The notes beneath the pieces were generated by a model that did no database searches, had not been told where the DNA came from, and worked only from the letters and a program-made list of their open reading frames with translations. The translations under genes and the position numbers were made by a program. This document shows positions 10,357 through 17,939 of a DNA stretch of 19,830 nt, in pieces. Origin of the DNA: a virus (taxonomy: Duplodnaviria; Heunggongvirae; Uroviricota; Caudoviricetes); the IMG/VR virus record IMGVR_UViG_2537561977_000028. One strand, given 5' to 3'. The stretch's first letter is position 1, and each line of letters begins with the position of its first letter.

Positions 10357-10467
10357 GTTGGTTCAGTTGGTTCAGTTGGTTCAATTTGTAAAGAGTATTG
10401 TTTTATAAGGATTTTATTCTTTTTATTGAACCAACACTGAACCAACAACACGGTATTTTGAACCAAC
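10357..10467. promoter_or_regulatory. Iteron cluster A (candidate replication origin): 3 tandem GTTGGTTCA, 43-bp AT-rich spacer, 3 inverted TGAACCAAC
   Basis: GTTGGTTCA at 10357-10365, 10366-10374, 10375-10383. AT-rich spacer 10384-10426. TGAACCAAC at 10427-10435, 10438-10446, 10459-10467. Lies directly after the primase gene. Confidence 0.65.
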
Positions 10468-10788
10468 ACAATGTGACTGAATTGATGCGCACAACACCTG
10501 GCTGGCATCAGAGAGTGTTTTACGAGACTTTCGTAAAATCCTGTGTACAAGGGCGTGACGTTTTTGAAAGTGAGCACTACGAAATTTTCGTAGTTCAAAA
10601 AACAGCCTCTGAGAAGTTGTTATGCCTGTTCAGCAAACCATCCGCATAGCTGATCGCGAATCAAATTACCAATGGAGCCAGAAGCAAGGGCAGAACTGAA
10701 AAGTGCCTGCCGTGAAGAGTAATGCGACACCATAAATATAGTTTTTAGAGTCCATAAAAAACCTGTCAAAACCTGACACACAGAACGA

Positions 10789-10820
10789 TGCCACCAGCTA
10801 CTGAGCGGTGGCATTTTTTT
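10789..10820 (+). terminator. Rho-independent terminator candidate
   Basis: Stem TGCCACC / GGTGGCA (7 bp) with an 11-nt loop, followed by A + T7 (10814-10820). Confidence 0.6.
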
Positions 10821-10915
10821 GTGCTATTTGTTTCATATTTTGCAATTACGATGATGAATATTGCGATTTGTGAAACTATAATAACTGTTGTTTTATACAG
10901 TTCTAAGGGGGCGTT

Positions 10916-11077
10916 ATGGCTATTTCAGTAAAGCCGGTATTGATAAGTGAGAAGCAAATGGAAGCGATAAAGAAAATTCAGGAAGAGCAGCGTAAAAAAT
11001 CAGGAATTGGAGTAGCGCCAACTCTGCATGAAATTGCTCGAGGGTTAATAGATAAGGCGCTGGCAGGCTGTATGTGA
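10916..11077 (+). CDS. Small hypothetical protein, 53 aa (below the ORF-track cutoff); possible regulator
   Basis: ATG at 10916 preceded by AGGGGG. Translation MAISVKPVLISEKQMEAIKKIQEEQRKKSGIGVAPTLHEIARGLIDKALAGCM. Sits between the terminator and the cargo operon. Confidence 0.35.
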   Translation: MAISVKPVLISEKQMEAIKKIQEEQRKKSGIGVAPTLHEIARGLIDKALAGCM

Positions 11078-11093
11078 AAATGGATGGCATCGC

Positions 11094-11495
11094 ATGGAAC
11101 TAAAATTTATTGATAACCCTGTGCGATTACAGGCCTTTCTTAACGATCCTGGCAATACCGAAAATATTGTTGAGCCGGGGCACACGTACTACATCAAGCC
11201 TGATGCGGTATATCTCGGCATCTACGAAGGATTGGTGCTGGCTGGCGTTCATGAAGTGCGTAACTTCTGGCATAGCATTGTTGAATGCCATGCGGTGTAC
11301 GACCCCGGATTCCGTGGTGAATATGCACTGCAAGGGCATCGATTATTCTGCAAATGGCTTCTCGAAAACTCACCATTCCTTAACAGCATCACTATGGTTC
11401 CTGACACCACGAAATACGGACGGGCAATTATCCGTTTGCCCGTGTTGGTCACCTTGATGATGCTTATATCAGATGTGGTAAACCCGTCGGCGTAA
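11094..11495 (+). CDS. Hypothetical protein, 133 aa; first gene of the cargo operon
   Basis: Protein-like translation. The overlapping frame ORF 11110..11457 is Trp/Cys-rich and looks non-coding. Confidence 0.6.
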   Translation: MELKFIDNPVRLQAFLNDPGNTENIVEPGHTYYIKPDAVYLGIYEGLVLAGVHEVRNFWHSIVECHAVYDPGFRGEYALQGHRLFCKWLLENSPFLNSITMVPDTTKYGRAIIRLPVLVTLMMLISDVVNPSA

Positions 11496-11538
11496 CGCTT
11501 TATCAGTTAACTCGGCAACAATATAAGGAATTCAGCGA

Positions 11539-12216
11539 ATGTTAATTACCCATATAGCTCATAAACATCTCAATCGTGCCGTATACGAAAAAGGCGGTGA
11601 TGGTGGTGCCTCTAAAGCTCAGGCGAAGGCCCAGCAGCAGGCAATTGATTTGCAGCGCGAGCAGTGGAATACGGTGATGAATAATCTCAAGCCGTATGCA
11701 GAAGTCGGATTGCCTGCTTTACAACAACTACAAGGACTGATGACTCTGGAAGGGCAGAATAAAGCCGCGAATGATTTCTTTGGTTCTGGTTTATATAAAA
11801 CACAGGCAGATCAGGCCCGTTATCAGAACCTTGTCTCAGCAGAAGCTACCGGGGGGCTTGGCTCAACAGCTACCAGTAACCAGTTATCTTCCATTGCGCC
11901 CATGCTTTATAACAATTGGCTTAGTGGGCAAATGCAAAATTATGGAAACCTGCTAAATGTCGGGATGAATGCGGCATCAGGGCAGGCAACGGCAGGGCAA
12001 AACTACGCCAATAATACCGGACAACTCTTGCAGGGGCTTGGCGCTATTCGTGCAGGTCAGGCGCAGCAGCCATCCAGTCTTGCGCGTGGTATTGGTGGGG
12101 CAGCATCAGGCGCTTTAGCGGGTGCGCAACTTGGTTCCGTTGTTCCTGGAATAGGTACTGCGGCAGGCGCTATTGGTGGTGGGCTTATTGGTCTTGTTGG
12201 GGGGCTTGGATTCTAA
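11539..12216 (+). CDS. Gln/Ala-rich protein with Gly-rich hydrophobic C-terminus, 225 aa; virion-internal/ejection-protein-like
   Basis: AAGGA RBS about 8 nt upstream. C-terminus GIGGAASGALAGAQLGSVVPGIGTAAGAIGGGLIGLVGGLGF. Stop overlaps the next start (TAATG). Confidence 0.7.
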   Translation: MLITHIAHKHLNRAVYEKGGDGGASKAQAKAQQQAIDLQREQWNTVMNNLKPYAEVGLPALQQLQGLMTLEGQNKAANDFFGSGLYKTQADQARYQNLVSAEATGGLGSTATSNQLSSIAPMLYNNWLSGQMQNYGNLLNVGMNAASGQATAGQNYANNTGQLLQGLGAIRAGQAQQPSSLARGIGGAASGALAGAQLGSVVPGIGTAAGAIGGGLIGLVGGLGF

Positions 12217-13535
12217 TGGCGACATGGCAACTTGGCGGGCTGCCTAGCATGGCACCGCAAAATGATAATGCTCCTCGTTCTTCCGTTCCTCAGCCTGTGC
12301 AGTATCAGCAGCAGCCAAACGTAGGTTTAATGGCGCTACAGGGGCTAAGAGGCGTTGCTGAGATTAATCAGCAGGCGCAAATTTCCCAGCAGCTAAAAGA
12401 ATATCAGGCACGGTTGGGTAGTGCGGTAGCTAATAATGATCGTGTTGGCGTGCAGAAGTTAATGGCCCAGTATCCCCAGTTTATGGCTGATTCTCAAAAA
12501 CAGATGGGATTCATTGATGCTGAGCAAAATCGGCAGACCGCTGACGCTGCCATGAATCTGCGTCTTGCGTCACAAACTGGAGATCCACTGACCATGCAGA
12601 AGGCCATTCAGCAGGCAAATCCAGTATTACAGCGATTTGGTCTTCCTGCTGAAGAGGTTTATCAGTCTTGGCAGAATGCCCCACAGGAATTCAACAGAAT
12701 CACTGACCTCATCCACCTCCATGCTGATCCAAATAGTTACTTTAGTGTTCAAGAGAAGCAGCAAGGGCAGAGTATTGCACAGCAGAACGCAGATACATCT
12801 GCATATAATGCTCAGGTTAATGCGGAACAGGGTAATCGGCGTCTCGATATGGAGCAGTTCAAAGTCCTATCCGATAACCAGCTACGCACGAGAGAAATGG
12901 TTCTGAAAGCACGACTTGGACGTGCTCAAAATGACATCGAGAGAGACAAGCTCAATGCTGAACTGAGCAAGGTACAGCAGGCGAAAGTGGAGAAGATGAA
13001 CGATAAAATTAATACTGTTGCAGGTAACATCGACTCCTTGAACTCTGCGCTTGAAGTGGGTCATGAACTGGCGGGAATTGTAGGGAAACATCCTTCGGCC
13101 GTTACCCGTTCGCAGAACTATAACCCCCTGACGCTGGGGTTTGGATTCCTTCCTGATGTAGCAGAAGACACACGAAGCCTACGCGCCAAAGCTGATGAAT
13201 ACAACCTAAAGGTTATTCTGCCTAGCCTCAAAGGGACTTTTGGCTCTAACCCAACCGAAGGGGAAAGGGCTGCCCTTATGCAATCTCAAAATGGCATTAA
13301 GTCAGCAACCAGCAATGAGGCATTTTTGCGAGAGTTGAATAAAGCGCAGGACGTAATTATTCGAATGCAGAAACGACAGATTGCCGGGCTCGGTATTCCT
13401 GTAACCAAATCTAAGGACGAAGAAACTGATACCAAAATGCTGTTGCAGGATCCTTCTCTGGTTAAGGATTATGTGACCGCACATGGCTATCTGCCGGAAA
13501 GTTACTATCAGGCAAAACTTAAGGGATGGCAATGA
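12216..13535 (+). CDS. Gln-rich coiled-coil protein, 439 aa; virion-internal/ejection-protein-like
   Basis: Long Q/A/N-rich heptad-like stretches (QQAQISQQLKEYQARLGSAVANN..., LDMEQFKVLSDNQLRTREMVLKARLGRAQNDIERDKLNAELSKVQQAKVEKMNDKIN). Overlaps neighbours at both ends. Confidence 0.7.
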   Translation: MATWQLGGLPSMAPQNDNAPRSSVPQPVQYQQQPNVGLMALQGLRGVAEINQQAQISQQLKEYQARLGSAVANNDRVGVQKLMAQYPQFMADSQKQMGFIDAEQNRQTADAAMNLRLASQTGDPLTMQKAIQQANPVLQRFGLPAEEVYQSWQNAPQEFNRITDLIHLHADPNSYFSVQEKQQGQSIAQQNADTSAYNAQVNAEQGNRRLDMEQFKVLSDNQLRTREMVLKARLGRAQNDIERDKLNAELSKVQQAKVEKMNDKINTVAGNIDSLNSALEVGHELAGIVGKHPSAVTRSQNYNPLTLGFGFLPDVAEDTRSLRAKADEYNLKVILPSLKGTFGSNPTEGERAALMQSQNGIKSATSNEAFLRELNKAQDVIIRMQKRQIAGLGIPVTKSKDEETDTKMLLQDPSLVKDYVTAHGYLPESYYQAKLKGWQ

Positions 13536-16252
13536 TGGCACAACTGACAGAAAAACAGAAAGCCTATTCCCGTCATCTCGATGAAAAATATGGTTTCCCA
13601 TCAGGGACGATGGAAACATTAGTTGGCAATGAATCTAGTGGTAACGGAAGTGCCGAGTCACCGAAAGGAGCTAGAGGATTTGCTCAACTGATGCCCTCAG
13701 TAATGAGTGATGCTGGTTATCGTGGAACAGATCCGCGCTCACTGCCATTTGAAAAGCAAATGGATATCGCAGCAAACCATCTCAATAAAGGAATGAAGCG
13801 ATTTGGTGATATAGGTATGGCATTGGCTGGGTATAATTCTGGCTATGCTCGTATTAATGCCGTAAGAAACGGTAAATCTACACTGCCAGATGAAACGGCT
13901 AATTACGTAAGTAAATTTGCAGATGCCGGAATAATCCCTGATGACAGTGAAATCTTGCAGTTTGCACAAACCAGTCAACATCGCAATCTTCAGCAGCCTG
14001 ACTACTCAGAGCTTGATAAAGAAATCTCTCAGGTGGGAGATATTTCTGCATGGGAAGCAAAACGTCAGCAATTTAAGAACATAGAAGCAGGACTACCAAC
14101 AGCCAGTTCATGGGAGCAGAAAAGAGCTCATTTTCTCGCCGATGAAAATGCCGGGGAACCGCAGCAGCAAGTAGCCAAGTCTAACCTTAATCCTGAGATG
14201 GAATATCTTTCGCCAGGACTGAAAGCTGCGCCAGAGCAGATGGCCAGAGGGATTGCTAATATACCGTTTGATGTAATGGACGCAGGCGTGGGGGTAGTCA
14301 ATGCGGCGCAATCAGCCGGAGCATGGGCAGCTCAGAAGCTTGGTGTGGGTGATGGTACATACACGCCCATATCACCTGTCTTTCGCCCAGTAGACCAACC
14401 TACAGATCCATACGCGCAGGCTGGTGAGCAGCTAGCACCTTACCTTATTACAGGATTAGGTGCAGGAAAGGCAGCTACCGCAGCTTCTTCAGTTGCCAAC
14501 GCTCCACGTGCTGAACGTGCGGCCACAAAGGTGGCTAGTATGTTGGCAGAAAACCTGCCAGGTACATTGGTGAACGCCCAAAAGAACGGGCAGATCAGCC
14601 CAGAAGACCTAGCAAAAGAGACAGGTATTGGCCTAGCAGGATCGCTAGGAGCACGCGCTTTAATAAAGAGCGGACAGACAGCCAGTGACGTAATGCGAGA
14701 TGTATTGCGGAGTAATACAAATCAATCAAGCTATGTGTTAGGGGCAGCAAATACTCTGGAAACCGCCAATGATGTATCGAAAGCAGCGCGTTCTGCCGTA
14801 GGCCGAGAGCATATCGCATCGCAGGCATCAAACGTCAGAGATGATGTCGCTAAGGCGGCGAAAATCACTGGTATTAATATCAACACCCTGACGCCTGGAA
14901 TGCGCTCAGGTAGTCGTGGAATTGCCCAAGCAGAAGGTGTTCTGGCATCAACTCCTGGGAATGTTCAGGATGCTCACCTTACGGCCTTCAATGAAATATC
15001 CTCAAAGTTGAATAAGCAGTTGTCTGATTTCGGTGCTGATTCTGGAAGCGCATCAGAAAAAAGCGCAGCAATTAAAGAGCGCATCATCGCGAGCCTCAGT
15101 GATATGAAAACAGCAGAGAATATGGCATGGGCAGAACTGCGAAGCACGATGCCACGCGAAAGGATGAAAATGAGTAATGGGATGGCTGTCGTCCAAGCAG
15201 AAAAAGCAGCCAATGTTCCACTCAGCCCGGAGATGAAACAGTTTCAGGCTGCCAACAACCAAGGTGGCGGCATAACCTTCGACGGGATGAAGGCATGGCG
15301 TGCTAAGTTTGCTGATGCTGAACAAGCAAACACCCGGGCAGGTAAGGCCAATGCCGCCCGGGTTGCCGGAGAAATGCGCAGAGCTATCACTGATGACATG
15401 CGCATCATGGCTGAAAAAGGAAACTTCCTCACAGAATGGCAGAAAGCTAACGATCTCTCTAAAAGTTACATTATCGCCAAACAAAATGCCGAATCTGTTT
15501 TTGGTCGAGATCTCGCATCAGACGCTATGGTAAGAAAAGGTGCCGATACGCTTAAGGCATCCGCAAACACTGGAACGGGAGCTTTTCACCGTCTTATCTC
15601 CGCGCAGCCGGAAGCAGAACGCCAACCAGCAATAGCATCTATTCTTCAGCATGCTGTGGCGCAGGGAGAGAAGGGAGGAATCGGTGAAGAGTCTGGTATC
15701 CAGTATTTTGCCAAGCTCATGACCCAGCAGAATGTAAACGCCATCAGTCGTCATGCGCCAGATCTCGGTAGAATGATGAAAGAGTTCGGTGTACTCGCTA
15801 AAGCCAGCACCAGACCGCAGCGATACGTAGAGCGCACGGGAAGAACAACTGAGGCTCTCAAAACGCTCGATTCAGGCCTTCCAAAGATCGTCGGCGTGAT
15901 TATGAACGGAGTTCAACAGTCAGGTGCGATCGCTGGAGGCTTTGGCGGTGGTGTAATTGGTTCGATTAGTGGTTTGGTTGCTGGTGGCGCGCTGAGAAAT
16001 ACTGTGGCTAAGATTGGGGCGACAAGAAGTGGTCGATATGCGATAGAGAAAGCCGTTCAGGAAGCTACAAAAGCAGTGCGCGCAGGGGCATCACCAGCAG
16101 CGATCGCCGCAGCAGAGAAACGATTTTCGGCCAATAAAATTGCCATGAAAGCAATTCGTGATGCCGTTGGGGCTGAAGAATTCGTGAAACTGACAAGGGC
16201 CGGGATTGTAGCTACCCTCAGTGGCATGAAAGATGTTAGCGAATGGGAATAG
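13526..16252 (+). CDS. Large protein with N-terminal lytic transglycosylase (SLT) domain, Ala/Gln-rich central region and Gly-rich hydrophobic C-terminal segment, 908 aa
   Basis: SLT family-1 motifs: catalytic E-S in LVGNESSGNGSAESPKGARGFAQLMP and the AYNxG-type motif ALAGYNSGYARINAV. C-terminal GAIAGGFGGGVIGSISGLVAGGAL. Real start may be the ATG at 13532 or 13535, which are better spaced from the AAGGGA. Confidence 0.75.
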   Translation: MAMMAQLTEKQKAYSRHLDEKYGFPSGTMETLVGNESSGNGSAESPKGARGFAQLMPSVMSDAGYRGTDPRSLPFEKQMDIAANHLNKGMKRFGDIGMALAGYNSGYARINAVRNGKSTLPDETANYVSKFADAGIIPDDSEILQFAQTSQHRNLQQPDYSELDKEISQVGDISAWEAKRQQFKNIEAGLPTASSWEQKRAHFLADENAGEPQQQVAKSNLNPEMEYLSPGLKAAPEQMARGIANIPFDVMDAGVGVVNAAQSAGAWAAQKLGVGDGTYTPISPVFRPVDQPTDPYAQAGEQLAPYLITGLGAGKAATAASSVANAPRAERAATKVASMLAENLPGTLVNAQKNGQISPEDLAKETGIGLAGSLGARALIKSGQTASDVMRDVLRSNTNQSSYVLGAANTLETANDVSKAARSAVGREHIASQASNVRDDVAKAAKITGININTLTPGMRSGSRGIAQAEGVLASTPGNVQDAHLTAFNEISSKLNKQLSDFGADSGSASEKSAAIKERIIASLSDMKTAENMAWAELRSTMPRERMKMSNGMAVVQAEKAANVPLSPEMKQFQAANNQGGGITFDGMKAWRAKFADAEQANTRAGKANAARVAGEMRRAITDDMRIMAEKGNFLTEWQKANDLSKSYIIAKQNAESVFGRDLASDAMVRKGADTLKASANTGTGAFHRLISAQPEAERQPAIASILQHAVAQGEKGGIGEESGIQYFAKLMTQQNVNAISRHAPDLGRMMKEFGVLAKASTRPQRYVERTGRTTEALKTLDSGLPKIVGVIMNGVQQSGAIAGGFGGGVIGSISGLVAGGALRNTVAKIGATRSGRYAIEKAVQEATKAVRAGASPAAIAAAEKRFSANKIAMKAIRDAVGAEEFVKLTRAGIVATLSGMKDVSEWE

Positions 16253-16402
16253 ACGCTCTAACTAACAAAACCATAATAGCCAAGGACGGCATACTGATAT
16301 TGAGCCAACTATCAAAATTCCATATCACATTACGAGCCTGTGGCTTACATTCGCTTACAGTGATGATAATTTATAACCACGCAATTCTTAGGTGAGATTA
16401 TC

Positions 16403-17101
16403 ATGATTAAAAATCTTCTTTTAATATTATCCCTGTCATTATTGGCTGGATGCGTACAAAAACCGTTAGTAACGGTCAATGCTTTATCTTCCGGGCAATC
16501 TGTCGGTAAGAAGTTCTTGATCATCCCCGCAAGCCAAGAACTTTGGAACACCAAACAGATTGAATACACTCAAATAGCTACGGTAGTAGCCGCCAGTTTA
16601 TCAAGCCAAGGATATACACAAGTTAAAGATGAAAAATTGGCTGACCAGGTAATTCTCTTGAACTTTTTGAGAAGCGGGGCCATTTCAAATACTCGTAATG
16701 TAACCATCCCAATATACGGGCAAACTGGTGTGAGCTCAGCAACAACGTACGGAAACTCGAACACCACGTTCAATAGTTATGGTGGTGGCTACGGTACAGC
16801 TAATACCACTGGAACGGCAACAACAGTTTATACGCCTACTTATGGAATTACTGGCGCGTATAACACAACTGTGACGGACACGTTCTACGGCGCAGGGGTG
16901 ATACTCCAGTCGTTTGATGCCAAGGCCTATCTCAATAATAGGCAGATTAATATGTTATGGAAAGTTGGTAGCTCAGTCGTCTCGCAACAGTCTGATGGAA
17001 TTGCTGATTACAAGGGGTTGGCGAGAATAGCCGCTAGCTATGCCGGGAAAAATACAGAAGGTGATATAACTTTTAATGTTGACCCTAAAGCACCAAATTA
17101 A
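16403..17101 (+). CDS. Lipoprotein, Thr/Gly/Asn/Tyr-rich, 232 aa
   Basis: Signal peptide with lipobox MIKNLLLILSLSLLAG-C. GGTGAG 6 nt before the ATG. Low-complexity central region TTYGNSNTTFNSYGGGYGTANTTGTATTVYTPTYG. Locally AT-rich compared with its neighbours. Confidence 0.7.
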   Translation: MIKNLLLILSLSLLAGCVQKPLVTVNALSSGQSVGKKFLIIPASQELWNTKQIEYTQIATVVAASLSSQGYTQVKDEKLADQVILLNFLRSGAISNTRNVTIPIYGQTGVSSATTYGNSNTTFNSYGGGYGTANTTGTATTVYTPTYGITGAYNTTVTDTFYGAGVILQSFDAKAYLNNRQINMLWKVGSSVVSQQSDGIADYKGLARIAASYAGKNTEGDITFNVDPKAPN

Positions 17102-17108
17102 CTAATAA

Positions 17109-17129
17109 GCCCGGTACGCCGGGCATTTT
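17109..17129 (+). terminator. Rho-independent terminator candidate after the lipoprotein gene
   Basis: GCCCGG-TACG-CCGGGC hairpin followed by ATTTT, 8 nt after the stop codon. Confidence 0.55.
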
Positions 17130-17244
17130 GCCCCCTATTATTCATGAATCGCTTTTTCTAGAAGGTATGCGACAAACGTTAAGTGACATTGCCTACACAT
17201 TCGGGGCGGGATTTCAAATCCGCTCCCAGTTGATGGGGCCGTTA

Positions 17245-17614
17245 CAGTACGCGCATATCCGCTTTATGTGAAACAGGAAGATTTTTCTGATATCACAGCC
17301 ACCGCAAAACACCAATTTCGTGACCAGTACGCGCGCGAGGTGTATCAGTTGCAAAATTTTTTGCAGCTGTGTCCGACCAGTACGCACGCGATGGCGGGGA
17401 GCACCATAAAACTGTTCTCTACATAAGACAGAGTGGTGGTGATGTGTTGATTATCGGCGTATATGCGCACAGGACGCGCTATGACGATGTTTTATGCACA
17501 TGTATCTGGTGTGATAAATCGCGTTACATGACCTCTCATGTTGTGCTGGTGGTTATCACGACTTTCTGAATCTGGCCTTTGCCTGATATTTTGCGACAAG
17601 TACGCGCGCGTAGC
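17245..17614. repeat. Four dispersed copies of a ~16-bp GC-rich motif GAC(C/A)AGTACGC(G/A)CGCG, partly palindromic (TACGCGCGCGTA)
   Basis: Copies at about 17245-17254, 17322-17337, 17375-17390 and 17595-17610. The region between copies 2 and 3 holds the palindrome TTGCAAAATTTTTTGCA. Confidence 0.5.
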
Positions 17615-17638
17615 ATCGACAGCATACACATTGGATAT

Positions 17639-17860
17639 TCATTTTGTGACCAATGCGATAAGTAGCGGGATAAGAATTGATAAAATCAACAGGCCGATGA
17701 TCCACTTTTGATTTTCACTGGCCTTATCTCTATTTTCATCCATCTTATCAATAATTCGACGCTCCAAGCCGTGCATATCACCGCGAATGGCAATCATCTC
17801 ATTGCGAACATCCGAGAAGTGGTTGGCTTGATGTTCAATGTGTGGCGTTCTGCCTTTCAT
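17639..17860 (-). CDS. Small tail-anchored membrane protein, 73 aa (XhlA/holin-like architecture)
   Basis: Charged N-terminal region plus a single C-terminal transmembrane segment (WIIGLLILSILIPLLIALV). GAGGA RBS upstream on the minus strand. Family name is a guess. Confidence 0.5.
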   Translation of the reverse strand: MKGRTPHIEHQANHFSDVRNEMIAIRGDMHGLERRIIDKMDENRDKASENQKWIIGLLILSILIPLLIALVTK

Positions 17861-17939
17861 TCCTGATCCTCACCTATCGTCACCACCTGCTGGTGTATAA
17901 AGGTATTGGCCCAAGCAGCTTTCCAATGGGCACTCATGT

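Noticed and set aside
10357-10383. Tandem short repeats at both iteron clusters considered as a CRISPR array
   Set aside because: Units are only 9 bp, directly abutting with no spacers, and occur in direct and inverted orientation; this is iteron architecture, not CRISPR.
10338-10649. ORFs 10338..10598 (-) and 10398..10649 (+) across iteron cluster A
   Set aside because: Translations are driven by the repeats and the AT-rich spacer; no RBS. A short plus-strand ORF from the ATG at about 10485 cannot be excluded but has no support.
11110-11457. Alternative-frame ORFs overlapping 11094..11495 (including minus-strand 11127..11339, 11194..11376, 11249..11452)
   Set aside because: Trp/Cys-rich junk-like translations; the frame-0 ORF 11094..11495 is more protein-like.
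12637-15754. Short sense and antisense ORFs inside the 439-aa and 908-aa genes
   Set aside because: Nested in long, coupled, motif-bearing genes.
16345-16380. Promoter for the lipoprotein gene (TTACAT ... TAATTT/GATAAT)
   Set aside because: Spacings of candidate -35 and -10 hexamers are off, or the hexamers are weak; a promoter is likely here but I cannot place it.
17203-17227. tRNA gene
   Set aside because: Only a T-arm-like fragment with imperfect stem pairing; no acceptor stem, anticodon arm or CCA context. Treated as a possible att remnant, not a gene.
17369-17569. 66-aa plus-strand ORF with a GTG start in the repeat block
   Set aside because: GTG start without RBS, rare codons (ATA, AGA, AGG), and it overlaps the repeated motif copies.
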